Virus record (IMG/VR): IMGVR_UViG_3300044627_003892 | Source: a virus | Taxonomy: Duplodnaviria > Caudoviricetes | DNA: 64,000 nt | Direction: 5' to 3' (one strand) | Shown: positions 1-9,753 of the stretch, piece by piece | Numbering within the stretch: the stretch's first letter is position 1 | Layout: each line of letters opens with the position of its first letter | Program-made: the position numbers and the translations under genes | Notes under the pieces: generated by a model | The model's input: only the letters and a program-made list of their open reading frames with translations | Databases searched by the model: none | Told to the model about the DNA's origin: nothing

Positions 1-1
1 C

Positions 2-76
2 AAAAGAAGTATCAAATACGCTAAGTTCAGAGAAACATTAAGAGATGAAATAATTGAATTTGTTAAAAATTATTAA
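2..76 (+). CDS. 3' end of a gene running in from the left edge (partial)
   Basis: Open frame KRSIKYAKFRETLRDEIIEFVKNY-TAA ending 6 nt before the next ATG. Confidence 0.6.
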   Translation, partial: KRSIKYAKFRETLRDEIIEFVKNY

Positions 77-82
77 TTTATT

Positions 83-865
83 ATGAATTTCGTTTCGACA
101 AAATTAATGGGTGGTTTGGGAAACTATCTATTCCAAATAGCGACAGCGTATTGTCTATGTTTAAGGGACAATAAAGAATTATTATGTGATGTGTCAGATT
201 CTATAGTACCACATAAACCATATGTATATTATTTATCAAATATTTTCAGAAAAATTAATTTTATTAATGGTTTTAGTAATTTTACACCATTAGGGGAAAA
301 TGGGTTTTCATACAGTCAATTACCTAAAATTGATGGGAATGTAAAATTGTACGGTTATTTTCAAAGTGAAAAATATTTTATGGATTATAGAAATGAAATA
401 TTAGAACTTTTTAAAATAGATGATGAAACAAACCAAAAAATAACTGATAAGTATAATGAATTATTAACACTTAATACTTGTTCTATTCATGTTAGACGTG
501 GTGATTATTTGGGTTTACAAAATTATCATCCAATACAGACTATCGAGTATTATCAAAATGCAATTAAAATTATTGGAGAAGAAAACCATTTTGTAATATT
601 TTCTGATGATATAAAATGGTGTGAAGAAAACTTTAATTTCCTAAAAAACAAAACATTTATATCAGGTAATACGGATTATGAAGACCTATATTTAATGTCA
701 ATGTGTAAACATAACATAATAGCCAATTCAACATTTAGTTGGTGGGGTGGATGGTTAAATTGTAATATTGATAAAAAAGTAATAATACCATCTAAATGGT
801 TTGGGATTTCCAATTCACATTTAAATACTAATGATTTATATTGTAATAAATGGATTAAATTATGA
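83..865 (+). CDS. GT11 family alpha-1,2-fucosyl/colitosyltransferase
   Basis: GT11 motifs MGGLGNYLFQ, GYFQSEKYF, SIHVRRGDY, IFSDD, IIANSTFSWW. Confidence 0.9.
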   Translation: MNFVSTKLMGGLGNYLFQIATAYCLCLRDNKELLCDVSDSIVPHKPYVYYLSNIFRKINFINGFSNFTPLGENGFSYSQLPKIDGNVKLYGYFQSEKYFMDYRNEILELFKIDDETNQKITDKYNELLTLNTCSIHVRRGDYLGLQNYHPIQTIEYYQNAIKIIGEENHFVIFSDDIKWCEENFNFLKNKTFISGNTDYEDLYLMSMCKHNIIANSTFSWWGGWLNCNIDKKVIIPSKWFGISNSHLNTNDLYCNKWIKL

Positions 866-1782
866 AAGTATTAGTTACAGGTTCAAATGGATTATTAGGA
901 CGAGCATTAAAAAAAGTTTTAGGAGATGGTCACGTCTACCATACACGAGAAGATGTTGATTTAACAAATTACGAAGAAACATTCAAGTTCTTTCAAGATA
1001 AAGTTTTAAATGAAGGTGTTGATACTATTATCCATACCGCAGCAAGAGTTGGCGGGGTTAACGCAAACATGAATAATAATCAATTATTTTTTGATGATAA
1101 TTACATTATTAATAGTAATGTAATTAAAGTATGTTCACTTTTAAAAGTTGATAATTTTGTTAATATATTATCTACTTGTATTTTTCCTCATGAAAATATT
1201 GTTTACCCATTAACTTCAGAACAAATTGATAACGGGCCTCCCCACCCGTCAAATTACGGGTATTCATATGCGAAAAGATTATCAGGTTATGAAACACAAA
1301 TTTTTAGAAATGTTTTAAATAAAAATTGGTATTCAGTTGTTCCTACAAATTTATATGGTCCTTATGATAATTTTAATTTAGAGGATAGTCATTTAATACC
1401 TGGTATGATTCATAGAGCGTATTTGGCTAAACAAAATAATGAAAAATTTGTGATTTGGGGAGATGGTTCACCATTGAGACAATTTGTATATTCTGAGGAT
1501 ATGGCAAAATTAATTGTTTGGTCTTTAACTAATTGGGTGTCGGAAAAACATTGTATGATGATTGACGAAACCGAAATTTCAGTTATGGAAGTTGCAAACA
1601 TTATTAGTAAAAAATTTGGGTTTAATGATGACGATTTAATTTTTGACGAAACAAAACCTAAAGGTCAATTTAAAAAACCTGCATCATCAGACATTAAAAA
1701 TTTTAATTTTAAATCAATTGAAGACGGTATTAATGAAACTATTGATTGGTTTATACAAAATTACAAAACTGCCAGAAAATGA
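862..1782 (+). CDS. fcl: GDP-L-fucose synthase / GDP-colitose synthase (Fcl/ColC-like epimerase-reductase)
   Basis: VLVTGSNGLLG Rossmann motif, HTAARVGG, STCIFP, YSYAKR (YxxxK), PTNLYGPYDNF, SHLIPG, WGDGSPLRQF. Confidence 0.9.
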   Translation: MKVLVTGSNGLLGRALKKVLGDGHVYHTREDVDLTNYEETFKFFQDKVLNEGVDTIIHTAARVGGVNANMNNNQLFFDDNYIINSNVIKVCSLLKVDNFVNILSTCIFPHENIVYPLTSEQIDNGPPHPSNYGYSYAKRLSGYETQIFRNVLNKNWYSVVPTNLYGPYDNFNLEDSHLIPGMIHRAYLAKQNNEKFVIWGDGSPLRQFVYSEDMAKLIVWSLTNWVSEKHCMMIDETEISVMEVANIISKKFGFNDDDLIFDETKPKGQFKKPASSDIKNFNFKSIEDGINETIDWFIQNYKTARK

Positions 1783-2939
1783 AAAAAATAGATTTAATTC
1801 AAGATACAATTGATAACCAAGATATTGATAATCTTATTCAATGGTTAAAAGAATACCCAAGATTAACAAAAGGACCTAAAACGATTGAGTTTGAAAATAA
1901 ATGGTGTGAATGGTTAGGGTCAAAATATTCTGTATTTGTTAATTCAGGGTCATCCGCAAATTTACTTATGTTATATGCTCTTAAAGCTCTTAACATGTTA
2001 AAAAATAATAAAATTTGTGTACCATCATTATGTTGGGCAACAGATTTATCACCTGTACTTCAGTTTGATATGCACCCATTATTAATTGATTGTAATTTAG
2101 ATAACTTGTCAGTTGATTTAAAACATTTGGAAGAAGTGTTCAAACATGAACAACCATCAGTATTAATCTTAGTTTCTGTACTTGGATTATCTCCTGACAT
2201 GGATTCGATTGTTAAGTTATGTAAAAAATATGATGTTATTTTACTTGAAGATAATTGCGAATCTCAAGGAACTAAATTTAAAGGAACTAAACTTGGTAAC
2301 TTTGGTTTGATGTCGTCATTTTCAACGTATTTTGGGCATACTATGTCAACAATTGAGGGTGGTGTTATTACAACAAATAGTGAGGAAATTTATCAGATAT
2401 TATTACAACTTAGAAGTCATGGGTGGGATAGGGATTTACCTGAATCAAAACAAAAAGAATTGAGAAACAAGTGGGAAGTTTCTGATTTTTCATCCCTTTA
2501 TACGTTTTATGTTCCAGGGTTTAATTTAAGGAGTACTGATTTACAAGCTCAACTTGGGATTCAACAATTATTAAAAGTTGATAAAATGATTGATAATAGA
2601 TATAAAAACTTTTTATATTACAAATCTAAGTTAGAAGGTAAAACATGGTTTCCAGTAACTTTTGATGACAGTTATACGTCAAATTTTGCAATACCTTTTA
2701 TCACTAAAACTATTGAAGATAAAAAAAGTTTAATTAAAGAGTTAGAAGAAAATAATATTGCTTGTCGTCCATTAATTTCGGGTTCAATGGGAACACAACC
2801 ATTTTATAAAAAAATATATGGTGAAAATAAACTACCTAATTGTTCAATTATTGATGATAGAGGAGTTTACGTACCAAATCATGATAAAATGACAGTTGAG
2901 GATATTAATAGAATTTGTGACATCTTATTAAAATATTAA
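1779..2939 (+). CDS. colD: GDP-4-keto-6-deoxy-D-mannose 3-dehydratase (ColD-type, DegT/DnrJ fold)
   Basis: FVNSGSSANLL, EDNCES, SFSTYFGHTMSTIEGG with His (codon 2337-2339) at the PLP-lysine position, RSHGWDRDLP, GFNLRSTDLQA. Start set at 1779 (ATGA overlap with the upstream stop). Confidence 0.8.
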   Translation: MKKIDLIQDTIDNQDIDNLIQWLKEYPRLTKGPKTIEFENKWCEWLGSKYSVFVNSGSSANLLMLYALKALNMLKNNKICVPSLCWATDLSPVLQFDMHPLLIDCNLDNLSVDLKHLEEVFKHEQPSVLILVSVLGLSPDMDSIVKLCKKYDVILLEDNCESQGTKFKGTKLGNFGLMSSFSTYFGHTMSTIEGGVITTNSEEIYQILLQLRSHGWDRDLPESKQKELRNKWEVSDFSSLYTFYVPGFNLRSTDLQAQLGIQQLLKVDKMIDNRYKNFLYYKSKLEGKTWFPVTFDDSYTSNFAIPFITKTIEDKKSLIKELEENNIACRPLISGSMGTQPFYKKIYGENKLPNCSIIDDRGVYVPNHDKMTVEDINRICDILLKY

Positions 2940-2953
2940 TAATTAATGTAAAA

Positions 2954-3730
2954 ATGTTAAAATTTTTTAAACCAATAAGAGGTCATAGAGGTTATTTTTC
3001 ATATATGACTGAATCAGTTGTTAACATGCTTAATGTATTGTTAATCTATCCAAATGAAGAATTTAAAGTATATCATGATTTATCAAATATTGATGGGTAT
3101 GGTAGTCATAATATTTATGATGTCTGTTTTATACAAGATAAAAATGATTATTTTTTAAATAAAAATGAGTATTCTAATATTGAGTTAGTAAATAATATAG
3201 CACAATTAAATCCTTATGACAAGGATACATTTACTAAAGAAAAATTAAAAATGTGTGAATCAATAATAAAAGATAATTTTGTATTAAATGATGAAATGAA
3301 ACAATTGTTTTCATCAAGACACCCTCAAATTGATTTTACAAAAACTATAGGTTTTCATAGAAGGGCAACTGATATGTCAATAATACATGGTTTACCAACA
3401 ATAGATTTATCCATAATATTTGAAACATTAGAAAAAGAAGAATTTGAAAATATATTTTTAATGTGTGATAATCTTAATGATTTAATTAAATTTAAACAAA
3501 GATATGGAAATAAATTAATAACTTTTGACGAGTTAACAGCTTCAACAATTGAAAATAAACCATTTTTTAATTTAAAAAATGATGAAGAATTAATTAAAAA
3601 ACATATACAAGAAATTGTTTTTGGAGTATACACTTTAGGTATGACAAAAAAATTAATATGCACTATGTCTAACTTATCAACATTTTCTATTTTTTCAAAC
3701 TCAAATTTAGATTATATAAAATTAAATTAA
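2954..3730 (+). CDS. Fucosyltransferase-like glycosyltransferase (GT23/NodZ/O-FucT-like GT-B fold)
   Basis: IGFHRRATD resembles the GxHxRxxD GDP-sugar-binding motif, followed by IFLMCD; lies in the GDP-sugar cluster. Confidence 0.55.
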   Translation: MLKFFKPIRGHRGYFSYMTESVVNMLNVLLIYPNEEFKVYHDLSNIDGYGSHNIYDVCFIQDKNDYFLNKNEYSNIELVNNIAQLNPYDKDTFTKEKLKMCESIIKDNFVLNDEMKQLFSSRHPQIDFTKTIGFHRRATDMSIIHGLPTIDLSIIFETLEKEEFENIFLMCDNLNDLIKFKQRYGNKLITFDELTASTIENKPFFNLKNDEELIKKHIQEIVFGVYTLGMTKKLICTMSNLSTFSIFSNSNLDYIKLN

Positions 3731-3735
3731 AAAAT

Positions 3736-4551
3736 ATGATTATACAAAATAAATTACCAAAACATTATTGTGAACTTAGTTATATACAACTAATTGAAGA
3801 ACAATTAGTTAAAGAATTTAACAACGACTATAGCCTGTACATTATTCATTCTGATTTAGATGTGATTGAGGGATTAGATTTTGGAGAAAAAATTAAAAAT
3901 GATACAAATTATAAAATAGCCATTCATGTTGGTAACGAGGTATCATATAACCCAAAATATTACGAATTTTTTGATATTATATTTAGATTTTATTTACAAG
4001 AAAAATGTGATTATAATAAAATATTCCCAATTAATATTGGATTTAATTCTAGTGGTGAATATAACATTTTTCCTAATAAGGGTGAAACATTATCTGAAAG
4101 AACTAATGATGTATTTTTTATGGGTAATAAATCAGTTAGATACGGATTTTATAATTCTATAAATAATTTATCTAAAAAATATGATATAAATTTTACAGAT
4201 GGTTTTAGAAGTGGTTTAGTAATCGAAGATTATTACAATAAATTATCAAACTCTAAAATATGTTTAGTTCCTAATGGAATGAGCCCCGAAACTTTTCGTT
4301 ATAGTGAATCTTTAGGGTCAGGATGTATTGTCATAACAAAGGATAAAATTAATTCTTGGTTTTACGAAAATAGCACAGCAATTTTTGTTAATGATTGGTC
4401 TGAAGTTACAGAAGAATTTATTAAAAATATATTATCATCTAATATTGATTTAAAATATGAAGAAAATCTGAATTATTATGAAAGATGTTTAAGTCCTGAT
4501 GCTAATGCCAAATATATTATTAAAACAATAAAAGAAAAAAAAATAAATTAA
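3736..4551 (+). CDS. Exostosin/GT47-like glycosyltransferase
   Basis: DVFFMG and YYNKLSNSKICLVPNGMSPETFRYSESLGSGCIVI, resembling SKFCLxPxG...RxxEAxxxGCIPV. Confidence 0.55.
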   Translation: MIIQNKLPKHYCELSYIQLIEEQLVKEFNNDYSLYIIHSDLDVIEGLDFGEKIKNDTNYKIAIHVGNEVSYNPKYYEFFDIIFRFYLQEKCDYNKIFPINIGFNSSGEYNIFPNKGETLSERTNDVFFMGNKSVRYGFYNSINNLSKKYDINFTDGFRSGLVIEDYYNKLSNSKICLVPNGMSPETFRYSESLGSGCIVITKDKINSWFYENSTAIFVNDWSEVTEEFIKNILSSNIDLKYEENLNYYERCLSPDANAKYIIKTIKEKKIN

Positions 4552-4552
4552 A

Positions 4553-5533
4553 ATGTCTAATAAAATCGCACTAATAACAGGAATAAATGGTCAAGATGGT
4601 TCGTATTTATCTGAATTTTTGATTAAAAAGGGATATGAAGTTCATGGTACATTAAAACGAAATTCCGTTGCCGAAAACCAAACTTCAAGATTAGATAATA
4701 TATTTAACCAAATTAAATTACATTATGCCGATTTGACAGATTTATCGTCATTAATTTCTGTTATCCAAAAAACAAATCCTGATGAAATTTATAATTTGGC
4801 GGCTCAGTCTCACGTTAGAATTTCATTTGACCAACCAATTTATACCGCAAATGTAACAGGGTTAGGTACTTTAAATTTGTTAGAGGCTGTTAAATTAATA
4901 AAACCTAATACTAAAATTTACCAAGCGTCGTCATCTGAAATGTTTGGTAATTCAATTGATTCTGACGGATACCAAAGAGAAACAACACCTCTTAATCCTG
5001 TTTCTCCATACGGATGTGCTAAAGTATTTAGTTATAACATTTGTCGTAACTACAGAAACTCATACGGTATGTTTATTTCCAACGGTATTTTATTTAACCA
5101 CGAATCACCAAGAAGAGGAACTAACTTTGTGACCAATAAAGTATGTAAAGAAGCGGTTAAAATTAAATTAGGACTATCTAATGAATTAAAATTGGGTAAT
5201 CTTGATGCAACACGAGACTGGGGACATGCGAAAGATTACGTTAGAGCAATGTGGGAAATTTTACAATTAGAAAATCCTGATGATTTTGTTTGTTCGACAG
5301 GTATATCTCATTCAGTTGGTGAACTTTGTGATTATGTATTTTCATCGTTAGGATTGGACTACAAACAATATGTTACTCAAGATGAAAAGTTCCTAAGACC
5401 TGAAGAATTACACGATTTAAAAGGTGATTCATCTAAATTAGTTAATACTACAGGGTGGTCACACGATTACACATTTGAAACGATGTTAGACGAAATGATT
5501 GACTACTGGATGGATTATTATACAATTAAATAA
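4553..5533 (+). CDS. gmd: GDP-mannose 4,6-dehydratase
   Basis: ALITGINGQDGSYL, YNLAAQSHV, YQASSSEMFG, SPYGCAK, GILFNHESPRRG, FVTNKV, LGNLDATRDWGHAKDYV. Confidence 0.97.
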   Translation: MSNKIALITGINGQDGSYLSEFLIKKGYEVHGTLKRNSVAENQTSRLDNIFNQIKLHYADLTDLSSLISVIQKTNPDEIYNLAAQSHVRISFDQPIYTANVTGLGTLNLLEAVKLIKPNTKIYQASSSEMFGNSIDSDGYQRETTPLNPVSPYGCAKVFSYNICRNYRNSYGMFISNGILFNHESPRRGTNFVTNKVCKEAVKIKLGLSNELKLGNLDATRDWGHAKDYVRAMWEILQLENPDDFVCSTGISHSVGELCDYVFSSLGLDYKQYVTQDEKFLRPEELHDLKGDSSKLVNTTGWSHDYTFETMLDEMIDYWMDYYTIK

Positions 5534-6273
5534 TGACAAGAAAAAAAACAATTAGCAAAGACGGTCAGTATATTCCTACTGATGCTAAACCAAAAATGTC
5601 TAAGAAAGACCAAATTAGTGGTATGATTAAAAAGAGTAAGGATAAATTCTTAACTCAAAGTCAACGAGAGTATTACGATAAATTAGTTAGAAATCAAATT
5701 ACAATTTGTTCAGGTCCTGCAGGTGTTGGTAAAAGTTTTATAGCGATGAAAGCTGCGGTTGACTTAATTGCTGACCACACATCTCCTTACGAAAAAATTA
5801 TCATTGTTAGACCGGCAGTTGAAGCTGAGGAAAAACTTGGTTCCTTACCTGGTAATGTTGAAGAGAAATTAGACCCCTATATTTTTCCATCGTATTATCT
5901 ATTAAATAAGATTATAGGTAAAGAGGCAAGAGAAAAATTAAAACAAATGGAGGTTATTGAAGTTTTTGCTTTGGCATATATGAGAGGAATGAACATTGAT
6001 AATTCTATTCTAATATTTGAGGAAGCTCAAAATGCTACACCAAAACAAATGAAATTATTATTAACTCGTATTGGTACTGATAGTAAATTTTTTATATCAG
6101 GTGACTTGGAGCAAACTGACAGATATAAAGATAAAAAACATTCAGGTTTATGGGACGCTATTGAGAAATTTAAAAATATCTCTGAAATTGGTGTTCATGA
6201 ATTTGGAGATGATGATGTTGTTAGAAACCCATTGATTACTGAAATCTTAAAAAGATATGAAGATAGGAATTGA
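5533..6273 (+). CDS. phoH: PhoH-like ATPase
   Basis: GPAGVGKS Walker A, RPAVEAEEKLGSLPG, AYMRG, FEEAQN, GDLEQTD, VVRNPL. Confidence 0.95.
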   Translation: MTRKKTISKDGQYIPTDAKPKMSKKDQISGMIKKSKDKFLTQSQREYYDKLVRNQITICSGPAGVGKSFIAMKAAVDLIADHTSPYEKIIIVRPAVEAEEKLGSLPGNVEEKLDPYIFPSYYLLNKIIGKEAREKLKQMEVIEVFALAYMRGMNIDNSILIFEEAQNATPKQMKLLLTRIGTDSKFFISGDLEQTDRYKDKKHSGLWDAIEKFKNISEIGVHEFGDDDVVRNPLITEILKRYEDRN

Positions 6274-6850
6274 GGTTAATGGTGTATTAAGAGATACCAT
6301 AGGTAAGTTTAAAACAACTTACGAAAAATTTTTAATAGATAATAATTTAGAGAATTCTGAGTCTGAAACACCATTTGAATACAAAATTAATGAACCTATA
6401 GATACGTTAGATTTAATCAATCATTTTTCATTTCAATCTAAGGAAGAATTTTTTAGTTTTTTGTATGAGGAGTTCCCTATGGAAATTTTTGGTCATTCAC
6501 CTTCAACTGAATTATCGTCATTTAATGATTTAAATGATTTATATATTAATTTAAGAGATAAAGTTGAATTTATTATAATTTCTGATGAGATGTCAAAATC
6601 AAAACCAGCAACTTTATTTTTCTTATCAAAATTTGGTTGTCTAATAGAAAAAATATTTTTTTATAATGAGGTGACAAAAAATAAACTATTAGATGAATTA
6701 GATTTAATAGTTACTTCTAACCCTGATATTATTATTAATTACAAAGATAAAGTTGTTAAATATGATACAACTTATAATGATAAACTTAGTTCTGAAGTTT
6801 CAATAACAAAACTAAAAGAATTAGAACCAATAATTGCTGAAAAACTATAA
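6257..6850 (+). CDS. HAD-superfamily 5'(3')-nucleotidase-like protein with degenerate motif I
   Basis: N-terminal KIGIEVNGVLRD aligns with I(D)x(D)GVLxD but has E/N instead of D/D. Confidence 0.5.
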   Translation: MKIGIEVNGVLRDTIGKFKTTYEKFLIDNNLENSESETPFEYKINEPIDTLDLINHFSFQSKEEFFSFLYEEFPMEIFGHSPSTELSSFNDLNDLYINLRDKVEFIIISDEMSKSKPATLFFLSKFGCLIEKIFFYNEVTKNKLLDELDLIVTSNPDIIINYKDKVVKYDTTYNDKLSSEVSITKLKELEPIIAEKL

Positions 6851-7116
6851 TGTTACCAATTTTAAACGAAAATTATTATATTGATTTAGAGGAGATTAAT
6901 TCTTTAATCAATATTGAACCAACTGAACCAATATCAGGAGAAACCGGACAACATATTAGTGTTGTTCAGTATGAACTTATTAAAATAATGATAGAAGTCA
7001 TTATGAGTGAACAAGAAGAAGTTGATGAAAAATTGGGTAATAAATCTCAATTATCAATCCCATTTAAATTAGCATTTAATACACTATTAAATAATAAAAC
7101 TATAAAAAAATACTAA
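6850..7116 (+). CDS. Hypothetical protein
   Basis: 88-aa ORF, TAATG-coupled within the operon. Confidence 0.75.
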   Translation: MLPILNENYYIDLEEINSLINIEPTEPISGETGQHISVVQYELIKIMIEVIMSEQEEVDEKLGNKSQLSIPFKLAFNTLLNNKTIKKY

Positions 7117-7119
7117 AAT

Positions 7120-8178
7120 ATGGAAGATAGAATTTTAAAAATTAAAGAATCAATCTTAAATTTAAAAGACAAAAAAAATAAAATATATTTTTTTGTACAA
7201 GACACTAAAGGTAATGCTAAAGCATCTATAAGATACATTTATCAAATAGCAAATACGTTACTTAAAGAAGGATATAACCCAATAATTTTACATGAAAAAC
7301 CTGATTATTTTGGTGTTTCAAGTTGGCTCGGTGAACAATACTCTAAAATCCCACATCAATCAGTGGAAGGTCAAAATTTACAAATAGCACCTGAAGATTT
7401 TATTATTGTACCTGAAATTTTTGGTTATGTTATGGCTCAATTGACTAACATTAAATGTACTAAAATTGTGTTGTCTCAATCATATGACCAAATTTTTGAA
7501 ACTTTACAACCAGGACAAATATGGTCTCAATTTGGTTTCACAAAATGTATTACAACTTCAGAAATACAAAAAAAATATATCTCTCAATTTATGAGAAATG
7601 TCCCAACTGATATTATTGAACCTGTAATATCTGACGTTTTTGAAAAATCAAAATACCCGGCAAAACCAATTATTGCAATCTCTTCAAGAGAACAAAGAGA
7701 TTCAATTAATTTAATTAAATCATTTTATCAAAAATATCCTCAATTTAGATGGATAACTTTTAGAGATATGAGAGGTATTTCTGAAGAAGAATTTGCAAAT
7801 ACATTAAAAGAGTGTATGTTATCAGTATGGGACGATAGAACAAGTGCGTTTGGTACATTCCCATTAGAGTCAATGAAATGTGGTGTCCCTGTAATTGGTG
7901 TAGTTCCTAAAATGGTACCTGAATGGATGAATGAAGATAACGGAATTTGGATTCAAGACGAATTAAATTTAGCCAATTTTATTGGTGAATATATCCAAAA
8001 TTGGTTAGAAGATAACATTTCGGAAGACATCTATAATGGAATGGAAAAATCTTCATTACAATACAGTGATATAAATGACTTTGAGAATAAAATTATATCG
8101 TTATTTAACGAATATACTAAATCAAAACTAAATGTTTTTGAGACAGAATATAATAAATTACAACCTATAGAACAATAA
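7120..8178 (+). CDS. GT-B (GT4-like) glycosyltransferase
   Basis: C-terminal FGTFPLESMKCGVPVIG matches the FGxxxxEAMxxGxPVI signature. Confidence 0.7.
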   Translation: MEDRILKIKESILNLKDKKNKIYFFVQDTKGNAKASIRYIYQIANTLLKEGYNPIILHEKPDYFGVSSWLGEQYSKIPHQSVEGQNLQIAPEDFIIVPEIFGYVMAQLTNIKCTKIVLSQSYDQIFETLQPGQIWSQFGFTKCITTSEIQKKYISQFMRNVPTDIIEPVISDVFEKSKYPAKPIIAISSREQRDSINLIKSFYQKYPQFRWITFRDMRGISEEEFANTLKECMLSVWDDRTSAFGTFPLESMKCGVPVIGVVPKMVPEWMNEDNGIWIQDELNLANFIGEYIQNWLEDNISEDIYNGMEKSSLQYSDINDFENKIISLFNEYTKSKLNVFETEYNKLQPIEQ

Positions 8179-8182
8179 AATT

Positions 8183-8989
8183 ATGGAAAATATTTTAGAC
8201 TTAAGTATCATCTTACCAATTAAGACAAATTTAGTTAAGGACTTTGTGGAACTTTTTACTAAATCAATTGAATCAATCCAATTACAATCAATTAAACCTA
8301 AAGAACTGATAATTGTTCATTCAAGTGAAGAAAAATTAATTGAGTTTTTAGAATCTTTTGATTTTGGGGATTTAAATGTTAAAAAAATTAAATTTGAAAG
8401 TGAACCTAACTTTTCATCTCAGGTTAATTTAGGTATTGAAAGTTCATCATCTAAATGGGTAAGTATTTTAGAATTTGATGATGAATATGCTAAAATTTGG
8501 TTTAAAAACGTTAAAAAATATATTGAAGTTTATCCTGAAATAGATGCGTTTTTACCAATTGTTGTTGATGTTGATAATAAAACAGTATTTGCAGGATTTA
8601 CTAATGAAGCAACATTCGCCGCAAATTTCAGTCAAGAAATGGGTTATTTAACTAACGAAACGTTATTAAATTATCAAAATTTTCAAACATCGGGTATGGT
8701 ATTTAAAAAATCAATTATTGAGGATTTTGGTGGTTTTAAGGCTAGTTTTAAATTAACATTCCCATATGAATTTTTATTAAGAATGACTTATAATTCTGTA
8801 AAAATTATGACTATACCAAAAATTGGTTACAAACATATGAACCTTAGAGAAGGGTCAATATTTTGGGAATATAAAAATGGTGAAAATAAAGTGAGTGACA
8901 GTGAAGTTCAGTTTTGGGTATCTTCTGCAAAAAAAGAATATTTCTTTAATACCGATAGAAACATAAAATATACTCAAGAAAATGCTTGA
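8183..8989 (+). CDS. GT2 family glycosyltransferase
   Basis: LSIILP N-terminus, ELIIV, NLGIESSSSKWVSILEFDD (GT-A DxD region), YEFLLRM. Confidence 0.75.
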   Translation: MENILDLSIILPIKTNLVKDFVELFTKSIESIQLQSIKPKELIIVHSSEEKLIEFLESFDFGDLNVKKIKFESEPNFSSQVNLGIESSSSKWVSILEFDDEYAKIWFKNVKKYIEVYPEIDAFLPIVVDVDNKTVFAGFTNEATFAANFSQEMGYLTNETLLNYQNFQTSGMVFKKSIIEDFGGFKASFKLTFPYEFLLRMTYNSVKIMTIPKIGYKHMNLREGSIFWEYKNGENKVSDSEVQFWVSSAKKEYFFNTDRNIKYTQENA

Positions 8990-9726
8990 TGACTATAAGT
9001 TCAAGCACAATACAGATTGAGGTTACTAAAAAAAAGAAACCAAGTTCTGAAAATTATTTTGACATAAGAGAAGAAAATGCGGTTAGAATGTTTTTAACCG
9101 CATCTACTTTTGATGAAAAAAACAAAATATATAACGATTATTTGAGACATCCTTTAGATAAAATGATATCCTCAATTATTCGAAGATATAAATTGTATAG
9201 AAAAGATATGGATTTTATTGAAATTCATACTGATACACATTCTTTTTTGATGACAAAAATTGATAAGTTTAGTCCGTCAAAAGAAAAGAAAGCGTATTCT
9301 TATTTTGGTACCATTTGTAAAAATTATCTGATGGGACAAATTCTGAAAGACCAAAAAGAAATGAATCGAAAAGTGTCTTATGAAGATATATCTAGTGATT
9401 TAGAAAATAGGTCAGAAATGGTTTATTACTTAGATATTGAACCAGAGGTTGAGGTAAATATTATACCAATTTTAAAATCATATATTAAAGACGTTTTAGA
9501 AGAAAATGATTTAAATGATAATGAAATAAAATTGGGTATTGCTTTAATTGAGGTACTTGACAATTATGAAACAATATTTCCAGCAACTGATAACAATAAG
9601 TTCAATAAAAATGTAATTCTTTTATCTTTAAGAGAAATGACTAATCTTTCAACTAAAGAAATAAGAGCTTCCATGAAAAAATATAAAAAAATATATTTAG
9701 GTCTTATAGAAATCAAACCAGATTAA
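8986..9726 (+). CDS. gp55: gp55-like late RNA polymerase sigma factor
   Basis: IDKFSPSKEKKAYSYFGTICKNYL resembles sigma region 2 of T4-type late sigmas (KFDP..K.AFSY...I..N); sits upstream of morphogenesis genes. Confidence 0.6.
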   Translation: MMTISSSTIQIEVTKKKKPSSENYFDIREENAVRMFLTASTFDEKNKIYNDYLRHPLDKMISSIIRRYKLYRKDMDFIEIHTDTHSFLMTKIDKFSPSKEKKAYSYFGTICKNYLMGQILKDQKEMNRKVSYEDISSDLENRSEMVYYLDIEPEVEVNIIPILKSYIKDVLEENDLNDNEIKLGIALIEVLDNYETIFPATDNNKFNKNVILLSLREMTNLSTKEIRASMKKYKKIYLGLIEIKPD

Positions 9727-9742
9727 ATTTTTTTTTAAAAAC

Positions 9743-9750
9743 TATTTATT
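9743..9750 (+). promoter_or_regulatory. Putative late promoter TATTTATT, 3 nt before ATG 9754
   Basis: One of about 30 copies in sense orientation just upstream of unit starts. Confidence 0.6.
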
Positions 9751-9753
9751 GGT

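Noticed and set aside
1779-2939. CDP-sugar 3-dehydrase E1 (RfbH/AscC) or ordinary aminotransferase
   Set aside because: Lys is replaced by His, which argues against an aminotransferase; the 386-aa size and GDP-pathway neighbours fit ColD better than E1. A tree is needed to settle it.
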